From Azolla caroliniana (taxonomy: Eukaryota; Plantae; Polypodiophyta), in NCBI GenBank assembly GCA_043228905.1, contig JBHGNT010000017.1, positions 11,160,001 to 11,224,000 on the forward strand: a stretch of 64,000 nucleotides of DNA, written 5' to 3'. The translations under genes and the position numbers were made by a program. This document shows, piece by piece, positions 34,952-48,400 of this stretch. A model generated the notes under the pieces. It was not told the DNA's origin. It worked only from the letters and a program-made list of their open reading frames with translations, and ran no database searches. Each line of letters starts with the position of its first letter. The stretch's first letter is position 1.

Positions 34952-37900
34952 AGAGAGAGAGAACATGATGTATACAGAAAACAAGAAAAATGTATTAACA
35001 AGAACAAGAGTGAACCAACGATTATAAAGAGGAGGAGAAAGTGCTTATATAGTCACCTTCTCTCTATGTTTTCTCACTACAATCACCACTTGCAAAAGAG
35101 GTGGGTGGGGACTTAACTATCTACTAATTCTGTGTCATAGAACTTTATGACATACTAGTTACTATACTAGGAGGTGGGGTTTTGACACACTTGAGTATAC
35201 TAAGGTGTGTTCCCACACAAGGGAAATTGAGTTTGATTCTCAACACGCCCCTTCAAAAGCAACTCACCGAATAGTTAGTTCGGACTAGTCTTCGGGTAGC
35301 TTTGAGTTAGCTCTAGATCCAACTACAGATGGCCGGCTCACTCATGTGATCGTTCTACTCCGATCGACTTCGTGTCAAATGGTTCCTCACTCCCCCTCAA
35401 GCTCGGTTGGTCGGTGGTCGAGAGATCTAGGTTCGTCGTGAACTGCCATAGCTTGTTGACGCCCAGGGCCTTTGTGAAGATGTCGGTCGTCTACAAGTTT
35501 GTGCTTATGTGTTGCAGGTCGACATCTCCGGGCAGGACACAAGCTCAAATAAAGTGATAATGCACCTCAATGTGCTTAGTCCAAGTGTGGAATACTAGGT
35601 TGTAGGCCAAGTGGATGTTACTCAAGTTGTTGCAGTAGAGTTGAATCTTATCCTTGATGGGAACGCCCAGATCCTTCAACCTTCTTTTGAGCCAAACGGC
35701 TTCACATGCGGTGACGACTGTGCCCCTGTATTTGGCCTCTGTGCTCAATAGTGTGACTATCAACTACTTCTTGTTGCTCCAAGATATGGCTACACTCCCG
35801 AGGGAGAAGACAAAGCCCGATGTTGATTGTCTATCGTCTTTGTAGTCGGGCCAATCGACATTGGTGTAACTTTTGAGTCGAATCGGTGCGGCCTATTTGT
35901 AGAGAATGTCGAAATCCATTGTCCCACTTACATAGCGTAACACTTGCTTAGCACAGTCCAGGTGAATGTTTTGTGGCGTCTGCATAAACTGGCTAAGGAG
36001 GCAGAACGGGTAGCTGAGGTTGGCTCGAGTAATGGTGAGATAAATAAGGCTTCCGACAAGTTGCCAATAATATGTCAGCTCACACTCTTCTGTGCAAGAA
36101 TTGGCATCTAGTTTGAGATTTCGATCGAGAGGGGTAGCAACGAGCTTACACTCTGTCATCCCAAACTTGTAAAGAAGATTGAGGATATAATGACGTTGAG
36201 AGATCATGATGTCGTCTGGAGTCTGAATTACTTCTATCCCTAGAAAGTAATGGAGCTCCTTCATGTCTTTCATTTCCAATCAGCCGGAGAGTAGCTCTTT
36301 GATATGTTTGATATCTGCTAAATGCTCTCCTCCAATGACCAAGTCATCCACATATATTATGATAAATATCTATCCTCTAGAGTTGCTCTAGATTAATAGA
36401 GAATTATCAGACTTGGACATTTTAAAACCGATTTGGTGAAGATAGTGTTATCTTTGAATGTCAGGCTCTAGGTGCTTGCTTGAGGCCGTAGAGAGGCTTC
36501 TTGAGTCAACAAACAACAATCGGATGCGTACTCGACTTGAATCCGAGTGGTTGTACCATGTACACCTCCTCATCTAATTTGCCTTGGAGAAAGGCGTTCT
36601 TGATGTCCATTTGGTGGAGGTGCCACCCTTTGGCTGTTGCAAGCGCGATCACGGTTCGAATGGTAGTCATCTTTGCCATTGGGGCAAAGGTTTCTTCGCA
36701 ATCGACTCCATGTGTCTACGCATAGTATTTTACCACAAGGTGGGCCTTGTACCGATTGACGGGGCCATCGGCATTGTGCTTCACCTTGAATATCCATCTA
36801 CATCCAATTGCCTTTTGATGGCGTGAAGAGGGGACAAGATCCCATGTCTCATTTCTAGAGAGTGCATGCATCTCCTCATTCATCGCTTCAACCCATTTCA
36901 GATCCTTCATGACTTCGGAAAAAGTTTTCGGCTCTTAGACTGTTGCCACCTTCAGCATGAATGCATAATGATATGCCATGTAGTCATTGTAGCCGAAACG
37001 ACTGACTACGTTCTTCTCTCGAGTGGACCGACGTGGTTGTTCAATTGTCTTCATGAATGCTTTCTCAGCTCCTGATGTCCTCATGATAGGCACACCAATC
37101 CACCGTACTCGCTATCGAGTGAGTGAGCCGATTCATTTCCATCTAAGTCTTCATACTCGGGCTTTTTGGCCTTTGCTTTGTCCATCTTCGGACTCGGCAG
37201 AGATGTGCTTTAGTCGCTCGGAGGCTCTTGAGGTCCGCTCAATTTGGTTGAGACCAGACTCTCTTCGATTATTGACCTTAATTGATCATTGTCCTCTGTG
37301 TCGTCAAGGTTGACCGAAAATGATTCGAGAGGAGTCGGCTCAAGTTCGTACCATGATGTTGATTCGTCAAAGACTACATCTCGACTTGTGCGAACCTTCC
37401 GAGTAGATGGGTTGAAGCATTTGTACCCCTTTTTCTCCATTGAGTACCCCACGAGGATACACTTCTCCGATTTTGGATAGAGCTTTTGCACTTTTCATCG
37501 GGAATGTGTACAAATGCGATAGAGCCGAATATCCTTATGTGGGATAGGTCCGACTTCTTTCCATAGAACTTCTTATTGGGAATCGGATCATCAATCCTTG
37601 AAAGATATGCTAAAAGACACAACCCAACTAGTCGGAATTGTCATCAACCATCTAGTCAGCCCGACTAGTCAGTCGTGTCTTCGACATGGATCACTTATAT
37701 AATATATATTGTCGATCCTCCATGTCGACAACACCTTGTCTTCGACTATCGACTCTTTGTCCGACCAGTCGGCTACTCCCATAGGAGGCACATATTCCTA
37801 ACAATTCTTGTAAGGAGTGATATCGTGCACTCTAAATGTGTGCAACGATTCATTATATAGACGATCGTGTTTGCCGCTTTAGCCTAGTATGATTTCAGCA

Positions 37901-39786
37901 TATGTTTCTCATTCATCATTGCCCTTGCCACCTCGAGTATATGCTAGTTCTTTCGTTTCACTACCCCGTTCTATTGAGGTGTGTGTCAGCAAGTGAACTC
38001 ATGCCGAATTCCTTCTTGTCGAAGGTATGTTGTCAAGGCATCAGAGAAATACTCCTTACCGACGTTCGATCGAAGGCATCAGACATGCCGATCGGTTGCT
38101 TTTTCGACTTCGTTTTTGAATTTTTGGAAGTGCAAGAACACTTCACTCTTCTGCCACATTGGGAATATCCAGGTGTGCCTGGAGAAGTCATCGATGAACG
38201 TCACATAGTACTGGAAACCACCGAATGTTGTCGTTTGGTTTGGTCCCCATACATATGATTGTATTACATCCAGGATCCCTTTGCTCACATTCCTCTCTTT
38301 CGGGAATAGTTGACGATGTTGTTTGCCAAACTGGCAGGCCTCGCATCCACCTATAATATCCTTCTCGGTAAAGGTTGGAAGTCCGATGACAACTCCTTTC
38401 AACTACATTCCTTTGAGCTTCTAGACATTAATGTGGCCAATTCTTTTGTGCCATAGCTCTAGGTCGGAGTCAACTTTATGACCTTTGGCAAACATTGCCG
38501 ATTTAATCTCGCGAGAGTCAAGGATGGACATTCGGCCTCTCTTCATCCGTGAGCAATAATTCGACCTTCCTTTTCGATGAAGCATCCTCGTTGAACTAAA
38601 CTTGCATGCCTTGTTCCACAATTTGGCCGACCGAGACTAGATTCTTCGTTATTGTTGGAACACAGTAAGACGTTCTTGATGTATGTTCGGTTGCCCTCTT
38701 CACCGAATGGGACATTACCGACATGTTGAATGGGGTGAATAGTGTCATTCCCACTTTCCACATAGTTGGGCCATTCATGCTTTCATAGCTCTCAGAACCA
38801 ATCTTCATGAGACGTCATGTGATTGGATGCTCGACAAACCATACATTTTCTGAGTTGGAGGTCATTGTCAAGCACAATGGCATCATTGAATTCACTCTGT
38901 GTCACATCATGAACATTCCACCACAATCGTCGTAGTCGGAATTTGAGGCGTAGTTACTAAGTTGTTGGCTTGTGAAGGTCGACTCACTCTTCTTCTTCCG
39001 ACACTCTGCCTTGTGATGGCCGAATTTGCCACTATATCCGCATTGAATGGAGTTGTTTTGTCGGCTGGGTCCAGCATGATTGCTCCCCCTTCTTCTAGAA
39101 GTTCCACCTCGCGTGTTTGCAACATCTTGCTAGTAGTAGAAGTTCTGTTTGCGGAGTTGTTCTTAGTTGTGACGGCCTTCACCGAATCGGCTTTTTCTTC
39201 CACGACTTTGTCCCCTTCCTCCATCCGAATTCGAATAGAGCATGTGTCCTTCTTGCACATTGCTCCTCGTTCGGACGTAATTTTCTTCGACCAACAGCAT
39301 TGATTGAAGATCGAAGAATGATTGACAGTTCTCTCTTGCGAGGACAGCTAACCATATGGCGTTGAACCGAGGTGCTACGCCTTCGAGGCATATCAGCGCC
39401 ATTTCATCGTCTTCAATGTTAACATTAATCAACCCGAGGGAGTCACGTAGCTCCTTGATCTTCAAGGTGTAACCGCCGATTGACATATCCCTCTATTGTA
39501 TGTTGTTCAACTCTTGGTGGAGTTGAAGCTTTTGTGTGATTGTGCTGGCTGCGAATCTCTTTTTGAGGTTCCCCCACATCTCTTTTCGCATTTTGGCCTC
39601 ACAAATGTAGCCGAGCATGTGATCATGAATGCATGATGCAAGGCAATACAACACGCGACTCGCAGCTTGCTCCCAAGTTGGGTCGTCGACATGTGTCGGG
39701 TTGGGTTGATTCATTCTCAGCTTGCTCCCACTTGAGTATACTAAGGTGTGTTCCCACACAAGGGAAGTAGAGTTTCATTCTCAACA
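34882..39786 (-). mobile_element. Copia G: degraded Ty1/copia
   Basis: TSD AATTA on both sides. 3' LTR 34882-35245 with PPT TTGAAGGGGCG. Only ~58 bp of the 5' LTR survives (39729-39786). gag-INT-RT-RH order (YYVTFIDDFSR, MKELHYFLGIE, TKHIEVHYHF). Confidence 0.9.
37574..37803. mobile_element. Short LTR fragment inserted in the copia G integrase
   Basis: Interrupts VHDITP..EKFYG. Ends ...CCTAACA. GACTAGTC/GTCGAC-rich, like the LTR at 62960-63330. Confidence 0.55.
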
Positions 39787-40199
39787 AATTATTTCAAAAA
39801 GGTAAATTATCATGTCAATTGAATTGACTATAATCATTACGAGAATTCATGGACCTTGAACAAGAAGCACAATCTAGAATGATATGATTCAATACATCTT
39901 GTATGAATTCATTTGCTTCAAGTTGACTATGAATTGAATTAATAAACATTCGAATAATCCGTGGAGGCCTTAAATGTATTAGTTTCCATCACCTGTAAAC
40001 GATCAAAACCAAGGAGAATTTACTTTTGATGGTCAAAAGTAGGTTCCCCTAAACAAGGTGCCATGTAGGAACCCTAACATAGAGCATTTGTCTTTCCTTG
40101 GTGTATTCTAAGGCAATACACAATTAAGAAATCAAAGCACATAAGAAATTGTGCCCAACGAGCCAGTCGATGGTTCAAGACTCGCACATTCTAGAAATA

Positions 40200-43100
40200 T
40201 GTTAGGTTCTTGTGATCATTGTAGACAATGATTGTTGAGAGTCAAACCCAACGTCCCCAATGTAATGGCTTTCACACTAGCAATGGACGCACTAGGTTTA
40301 TGCTAGTTTTGTAAATAGTAGAAAGGGTAGTTGCCCTAAGTTAGTTGGTATTTAAACCAACTCTTTTGTAACCTAGTTACTGTCGGATGTATTTTTTGTT
40401 GTAACTGTTTTCTTGCTAATACAACTTCTTGTTCTTTGTCTCTAAGTTCACTCGCTCGCTCACTCACTCACTCACTCTCTCTCTCTCTCTCTCTAAATAC
40501 CTCAAAGGTATGCAATGCTTTGTGAATGAAGATCGTACTATCTCACAACAAAATGCTTGCCATAAAGCATATGAAGAAAGATTGAAAAATAAGGTTAAGG
40601 ATGGGCCTAAAGATGGAAATGTAGGCAAATAGGGACAGGTGACCGATGAGACTAACCCACGCCTTTTACGACTATGTTTTTGGAATTGCAATGGATACCC
40701 ATGGAATGCAGGATTTGGCATAGAGGAGTTCACCGATGACTCGAATATCACACTTCTTGTTGAAACATGGGAGCATGATACTCAAAGGATTCAAGGTTTA
40801 GGAAACTATAATGTACACTTTTTGATATGGAAGAAAAATCCAAGACAAAGAAGAGGACAAGGAGGGGTGGCATGTTTGATTAAGAAGGAAATAGAGAAAT
40901 ATGTGCCAATCATAAAAAATGATGAACATAAATGCTACATATGACTCAAAATAGAAACACCTAGTGATTTGCCCACTTTTGTAGTTGGATGTTACATTCC
41001 TCATCAAGATTCTAACTTTTATGCTTGTTTGGATAAAGATCAACCTTTTGCCAATCTAGAAGATGATATTGCTTATTTCAAATACGAAGGGGAAGTTATT
41101 GTCTTTGGTGACATGAATGCTCATACAAGAAGTTTCCAACTTGATTCACAATAATATTTCATGCCACATACCTCAAGGATGCAAGAGGATATGCAAATGT
41201 ATAGCCGCTCTTCTAGCGATGAAAAAGATCCGGACCAATTTGGGAAGGTACTCCTACAAATGTGCAATAGTACTGGATTGCTTATTGCAAATGGTATTTC
41301 CTTATGGCCCAACACTAATGGTTTTACATGTAGAAAACACAATGGAAATATGTGTGATAGACTATGTGCTACTTTCCAAAGGTATTTTGGATCGTATACA
41401 TAAATTCTCACTTGGTGAATGGACACCGGAATCCGATCATAGGCCTGTATTGACCTCAATGTATGCGTAGGTTTGATTGTGAGAAGGCTATTGAAGATAA
41501 TAAACAACCACACTTGAGCATGAACCTTAAGCGAGCACCCATGTATTCCAAGATGGTTGAGGATATGTTACAAATGACAAAAATACAACATGGTGCCACA
41601 TTAGAATGCAAATGGGAAGCTTTCAAGAAAGTCATTCTCTCCTGTACAAACAAATGTTTTTCGACCAACCGCACATCTTGGAAATGCACCAAGAAACTTA
41701 GGAAAAAATGGTTTGATAAAGAATGTCGTGAAGCTCGAAAGTGCCTTATGGTTTTGGATGTAGTTAAGGATAAAGAGAATTACCAAAAGCATTTGCATGA
41801 GTATAAAAGGCTTATTCAAAGAAAGAGAAGAATATGGGAAGTTACTCAACAATTTATCCAGATGCAAGAGAAAGCACATGCATGTGCTAAATTTTAGGGA
41901 AATCTAAAGGGGAAACATGTTGAGTGTTATGGTGACTTAACTCTTCACGACTTGTCTATGCATTGTAAGAATTTATATGAGTTATCTCTTGCCAGAAAGA
42001 TGATGTGTTATGGTTCTCTTTCACATATGACTCCCTTCTTTACAATTGAAGATATATGCATAGGACTTAAGAAATTGGCCTCTCGAAAGGCAAGCAATCT
42101 TCAATGTATAAAGGTTGAAATGCTCAAATGGACAGGAAAGGAAGCACATGTATGGATAAGCGATATGTTTAATGATGCATTGCAACATGGTATGTTGTAC
42201 AATTGGACTACAAATTGGATCAAACCTTTACATAAAGGTGGAGATGTAAATAATGTAAACAACTATCGAACCATCATGGTTGGCTCATTAATGGCAAAAA
42301 AGTTTGGATGTATAATGGAATCAAAGATAAGTGTATGGGCTGAAAAAAATGGTAAGAGAGCTTATGGACAAGCTGGCTTTCAAAAACACCATAGTACCAT
42401 TGATCACCTTATCACCCTTCGAGTATTAATGGAGGAAAGTCGCCTTAGAGGTAAAGGTTTATATTGTTTCTTTGTAGATTTCAAGAAAGCTTTTGATATG
42501 GTACCTCATGAGCATATTTGGAGGCGAATGGAAGAACTTGAGGTGCCAAGTGAATATATGCTTGCAATTTCCCGCATTTATGAGAAGGTTATATGTTGTG
42601 TGCGCATGAGAGATAAACTTTCAGATTTTTTTCAAAAGCACTATTGGTGTTAAGCAAGGATGCCCACTCTCACCAACACTATTTGGTCTATGCATTGATG
42701 AGTTGGAAGAAATGGTTACCAAGTTTGTAAAGAAAGAATGTGTTGAAGAAGTTGTCATTGGGAATGTTGTGATTATGCTTTTGCTATATGCAAATGATGT
42801 AGTGCTTTTTGCAAATACTTTAGGAGATGCACAAAAGCTTATGAAGGCATTGGAAAAAATGTGCATGTATACTAAATTAAGTGTCAATAGCTCTAAAACA
42901 AAGATTATGCTTGTGAAGAGCCAAAAAAGAGATAAACCATGCATTATGTACAACAATGAGCCACTTGAATGTGTGGAAAGCTTCAAATATCTTGGCCATG
43001 AAGTTCCTTCAAATCATAGATGGAATGAATGTGCTACACACCGCTTAGAGGCAGGTAAGCGAGCATACTATGCATTTGAGAACACATGCAATCTTTGAAT

Positions 43101-44165
43101 GATTAAGTGTTGGGTCCTCAAGAAATATCTTTTCGACACTTTGGTGACACCGGTTCTTCTCTATGGGGTGGAAGTATGGGGCGGTAGCATTCCTAAATCT
43201 ATGTGGAAAGAGTTTGAAAATATCCAAAAACATTTTCTTACAAAGTTTCTACAAGTTAAGAAACAAACGCCCTACACCCTCCTCCTCCTTGAGATGGGAT
43301 CACTTCCCATTGAGATCATGGCCATAAAAAGGGTTGTTGAATACATGCTTAAGGTTAAAAAAAGTCCCTCACATCAACTTCCTAGAATTGCGTGGGAAGC
43401 AAGCAAAAAGATCCAAAAGACGCATAAAAGAAAATTTTTGTGTTCCGGTTGGATGCAAGATATAGAAAAATGGTTTGGTAGATGGGATGCAAGACACTTG
43501 CTTCATGATGCATCATTAGATTCCTCTGTAAATTGAGGCCTTTTTGCAACGCTAATGTATCATGCCATGGGACAAATGTGGAAGCTCACGCTTCACACAT
43601 TATACTACACATGTTGCACCTAACTACAAAACCATATTCTTTACAGAACAGGGAAATCGTACACATCGATACATGTTAGAGCCCATACCATTATTTGCCA
43701 TTCAAACCATTGCTTCCATGCGACTTAGCTCACATGCATTGCGATGTGAGATAGGGCGTTGGGGCACAAGTGATGAGAGTGGTCGACTATGCACATTTTG
43801 CCCTAAATAAGCTTGCGAGTCTGAGTATCACACTTCGATACAATGTTGATCATATTCGACCATGCTTTCCACATCTCTTCGACCGAGCCCAATCCTTGCA
43901 TGAATTCCTCTCACAACCACAATGTGCACTCTCGATTCCAACATTCACTGGTAAAGTTCTTGAACATCGAGAGTCACTACTCACTTTCACACATATCACG
44001 TGAAATGTAATATTTTTGGTCTCATAGATCATATTTGACCTCTGAAGACGATAATATAATCTATCTATCTATCTCTCTTTGACGCATGCGCACGCGCGCG
44101 CACACACAGACGCACATAGTTTCCTTCCGCTGCACGAGATCACCCACACTCTCCATTTCTTTACA
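40200..44165. mobile_element. Probable solo LTR (TGTTAGG...TTTACA) hosting the LINE
   Basis: Interrupts the Tcn1-like RH between SPHQI and YF*NVR. TG/CA ends. No clean TSD; about 30 bp of host is missing. Confidence 0.45.
40495..44078 (+). mobile_element. Non-LTR retrotransposon (APE endonuclease + RT, RTE/RTEX-like), pseudogenised
   Basis: APE motifs FWNCNG, LVETW, GGVACL, GDMNAHT, IDYVLL, SDHRP. RT motifs QAGF, FVDFKKAFD, KQGCPLSPTLF, LYANDVVL. C-terminal RLSSH..EIGRW..C..C. Flanked by (CT)n and a (TCTA)n/(CT)n tail. Confidence 0.92.
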
Positions 44166-45054
44166 TATTTGATGGGGAGAACCTTCCAAGAAATAACACC
44201 AATACTCAAAATAGTCCATGATAACCAAAAGCTCCTTGTCGCGAATCTCAAAATCAATTTCCGTAGGTTCGAATTTCCATGAATGAGAAGTGCGACTAGA
44301 TGTAATTGCCTGTTGTCTTTGGGTTGTGAGAACACACTCCTTGAGGGAAAAATCTGATGCATCAACTTCCAAAATAAAAGGCTTGGCTTTGTCAACATGG
44401 ATCAAAATAGGGGTAGATGCGAATGCACGTTTTAAGCTTTCAAATGCCTTAGTTGCATGCAAAATCCCATATGAATGGCTGGTTTTTTTCTATTAATTGT
44501 GTAAGAGGCAGAATCATCTTTGAGTACTTCTTCCCAAGAAACATTTGACATCATGCATAGATTGATTCAGATCTTAGTGATATATTCAACAAATTGTAGC
44601 ACTAGTAGTGATAAGGGGTTGGGATATATAGCGATTTCATGCTTGCATTTGGAGTTTGGTAAGAATGGTCCACTGACACCTTTCTATGATTGTACCCAGT
44701 GAAGTGAGCATCCAATCTCACGTTTCAACAAGGAAATAAATACTAGCATAGCATAGCAACATGAGAGAAGTGTGTGGCATGTTCATGCGCAAGAAAGATG
44801 TGTGGAATTCGATTGTGGGGGGTTTGACAAGTGGTGAAGAGTAGCAAGCAAGCAAGTTTGGCTTGCGTTGCCTTTGCCTTTTTGCCTTTGCCTCCCTTCC
44901 CCTCCCTTGGGACGAATGGATGGATGGCTGGGCTCGTGAAAATATACATAATTACATACCTCCTACCTAGCAACAAATGATGTATGTATATACATATGTA
45001 CAATACATACATAGATAATTTGCCTTAATAATAATACATATGTTTTATTCGTTA

Positions 45055-45247
45055 CATGAATGAATGAATGAATGAATGAATGAAGGGTAGCTTTACTCTG
45101 CGTGCGTGTGTGTCTGGACTCCTCTGATTGAAGGCAACAAAAACGTAAGAAGAGAAGAGAAGAGAAGAGAAGAGGAAGGAAGAGAAAACCTGCGCGCGGT
45201 TCTACCACAGCACAACACACACACACACACACACACACACACCTTCC

Positions 45248-45284
<37 letters not shown>

Positions 45285-45310
45285 CGGTCTCCTGTCTGTC
45301 TGTCTGTCTC
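45055..45310. repeat. Microsatellite cluster upstream of SEC31: (TGAA)n, (GAGAA)n, (CA)n, (GA)n, (CTGT)n
   Basis: Read directly from the sequence. Probably promoter/5'UTR. Confidence 0.85.
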
Positions 45311-45418
45311 TTTCCTGCTTCTGTGCTCCTCGCGCGCAATAGCAGGATAAATTCTCAGATCCGTGCATTAAATAGGTGGGAAGGGGGAAGAGGGTTAATT
45401 AATTAATTAAGTAGAGAT

Positions 45419-48400
45419 ATGGCGGCCATGAAGAGCGTGGGCAGATCTGCGATGGTGGCGTTCGCTCCGACGGCCCCGGACATCGTAGGCATGGGGACAA
45501 TGTCAGGTGCCATTGATGCGTCCTTCTCAGCGTCGGCCTCCCTCGACATCTTCAAGATCGACTTCTCCACGCCCGACACTGACCTCCAACTCCTCACCTC
45601 CTTCTCCTCCACCGAGAAATTCAACAGATTGTCGTGGGGAACTGCTGGCTCCGCCGGTGGTGAAGCTCACCCCTATGGCCTCCTTGCGGGTGGACTCTCT
45701 GATGGAAACGTTTGTATCTGGAATCCAGCCCCTCTCATCAGGTCTCAATCTTTTCTATCATGTTTATCTTCACTGTGTATGTGTATGTGTCTTAGATCAG
45801 ATCTGGCAAATGACATCACCAATTCCTTCACTACAATCAACATTGGCAGTTCTTTGTGTTGGAGATCAGGCAATCTGAGTTTCTGCAATTTTTTGTCGTC
45901 TTGTTTTCTTTACAGGAAGGAGAACGTTGAGGTTTCTCTTCTTTCCAAAATGCAAAAGCATGTGGGAAGGGTAAGCCATAATCCTTTGTTTTGTGTGCAT
46001 TAATGCATTATAAGTATGCATTCCAATGGGCTTTTGCACAAGTGCATGAGATGTTTACGGAACAATCCCCTTGATTTCTAAATATATATCAGTAAAAATC
46101 AGTGGTAGTTCCCGATGCTGTAATTAACTTGTTGCCCTTTAATGTATATTAAAGAACCATCACGGTCATTGTTTCAACTTTTTTCATAGATAGCATACGT
46201 CAAACCTACATGTTTGAGTGCATGATAGTTATCCGTAATCCCCTGATAGCTATAGATGTTCTATCCTTTGCTGGTTTCTATAGTTGTGGGATACTCGCTT
46301 AGTTTGCTTACTTTTACTGGACATGACCTCTTTGTATATAAGACTCTGTATCTCTGAAGCTTATGTTGGAGGGATTGAGGACATAGTTTTTTAGTTGAAT
46401 TTCAAAAATAGCTATTTAGATCTTAAAATTGTGCAGAATTCTGGTCTGCTAATAGCCATGAACGACTAGATATGTAGTATCCATCTAATATAATGCCTTA
46501 ACTTTCTCTGTTCAGTTCATGCTTGAGAGATAGGGAGGATAAATTATATCATGTTTTTGATTTGTGCAGGTCCGTGGCTTGGAGTTCAATGTCATCACAC
46601 CCAATCTTTTAGCCTCTGGTGGAGATGATGGAGATATCTTTATTTGGGATCTGATAGATCCAGCATCACCGTCCCATTTCCCTGCATTAAGGGTAGGTTG
46701 TGCAAGTCTTTTCTCTTTCGCGATTGATCTTCAACTTGATATGTAGTTGACTAGATGTTTTGTATCAGGGTGGTGGTCAAGAACACATCGTAGACTTGTC
46801 TTGGAATCGCAAAGTCCAGCATATCATGGCCACAACTTCTAATAGTGGCGTTTCTGGTAACTATATTACTGTAGTTCTGTCTTCATAGGATATAGTGCAT
46901 TTTTTATTGCCTTTTAAGCTGACATGAAGTTCGACAAATTGATTGATCTTCCACAGTGGTTTGGGACTTACGCCGGCAAAGATCTATACTCAGGTATAAT
47001 GATCTCTAATGTTGCTATATTTTTCTCCACCTTAACTTAATGTAGTCTTGATTCAGCTGATTGAGCTTGCCTTGATCCAGTAGAGCCTTTTGCAATTTAT
47101 TCCATAAAAATATAGCAGAAAATTTCTAAGAAGAGGCACAATTATGTGTGAATAGTTTTACTTAGTTTTGTGTGATGATGTGAAGGATTTTCTCTTGTTT
47201 GCACAATTTTTGTAAGTTGTCTATGTCCGATTGAGTTTATATGTGATTTTGAGTTCACTTCTCCAAGTATGGTTTGTAATTTTATCTGCAAAGAGTGTGT
47301 CAAGTTGGTGCTACATGGTTATTCTTGATGGCATCTTGCATGCCTCGGGAGCTATTATGCAAGTAAATGCCTATTGTGTGCGTGAATAGTGTGCTTGTTT
47401 TGTTGGTTGCGGGTCTATGATAGGAGTGGGAAAGTGATTCTTGAAACATTTCCAGCATTTTGAAGGCTAAGGTCAACTGTTACTTATGCTGATGTTATCT
47501 CATCTCTGTTTCCAGCATTTTCGAGGCTAGGGTCAACTGTTACTTATGCCAATGTTATCTCATCTCTGTTCTTCCTTTAGTAAAGAAAAAGCGATTGGTG
47601 TAAAACTTTCATGAGATCTGAATTGTGTCTCTATCTGTGATTTGGAAATGAGCGGGGGGAGACATGTGTCTGAGATGTAACATGAAAGATGAATTCTCTT
47701 AAAATTTGATCTCTAGAATAGTGAGTAGGGTTCGTGATCAAGTCTCCTGAGTGTGTACCTGAATGAGATATCATCTCAGTATTGATTTTTCCGATGTCCA
47801 CTCCGGGGCCTTGATCTGAGCCTCTATAACAGCTGTATATTACAAAAAGGTAAAGCTGGGCTGATGTGACATTATATACTGATGCACAAATTTCATTCTC
47901 ATTTGTTTGATTACGTTTGCGCATATAATGTACTTTGGTTTTGGTCAACAAACTCAGCATTCTATGACTCGTTGAATTTCCATTGAAATGAAAACCTTTT
48001 ATCAATATGTTTCTACGTTCTTAGACTCATTATTATGATTGTTTTACCTTACTTCCATGTCTCCATGTCAAAATTTTGTTTACTGTTGAGGAACAATAAA
48101 AATACTGCCCAAAGTGAGACTCCCAAATGGATTTTGTGATTAATCTTATCTATGGACCCGGTTTGGGCTCAAATTGAATTGAACCATTAAGCCATGGTTT
48201 AACGATTTATTGGTTCCAGTATAATTAAACTGTTTGGTTTGGTTCAATTAATATTAAATGGTTTGATTTTAGTTTGGTTTGGTTCTAAAACTCGGGTTTA
48301 TCAGTTTATAGGTTTAAGTGGTTTGGTTTAATGGTTTAATGGTTTTTTGTTGACGTTCTAATTTCCTTAATGGTTTAATTAATGTTTTTTTGTTTATTGA

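Larger units (their letters stand above)
33600..44520 (-). mobile_element. Old Tcn1-like chromovirus remnant, broken by copia G, a solo LTR and a LINE
   Basis: 3' LTR ends ...CATAACA at 34188 next to PPT GGAAGGGGATAA. INT pieces 34350-34870 (FITDLPSSKGFDSIL). RH end 39950-40200 (LNHRLARWAQFL). RH 44166-44500 (EVDASDF...RDKELL). Left boundary approximate. Confidence 0.7.

Noticed and set aside
44743-45368. Short minus-strand ORFs upstream of SEC31
   Set aside because: They are microsatellite translations with no recognisable domain.
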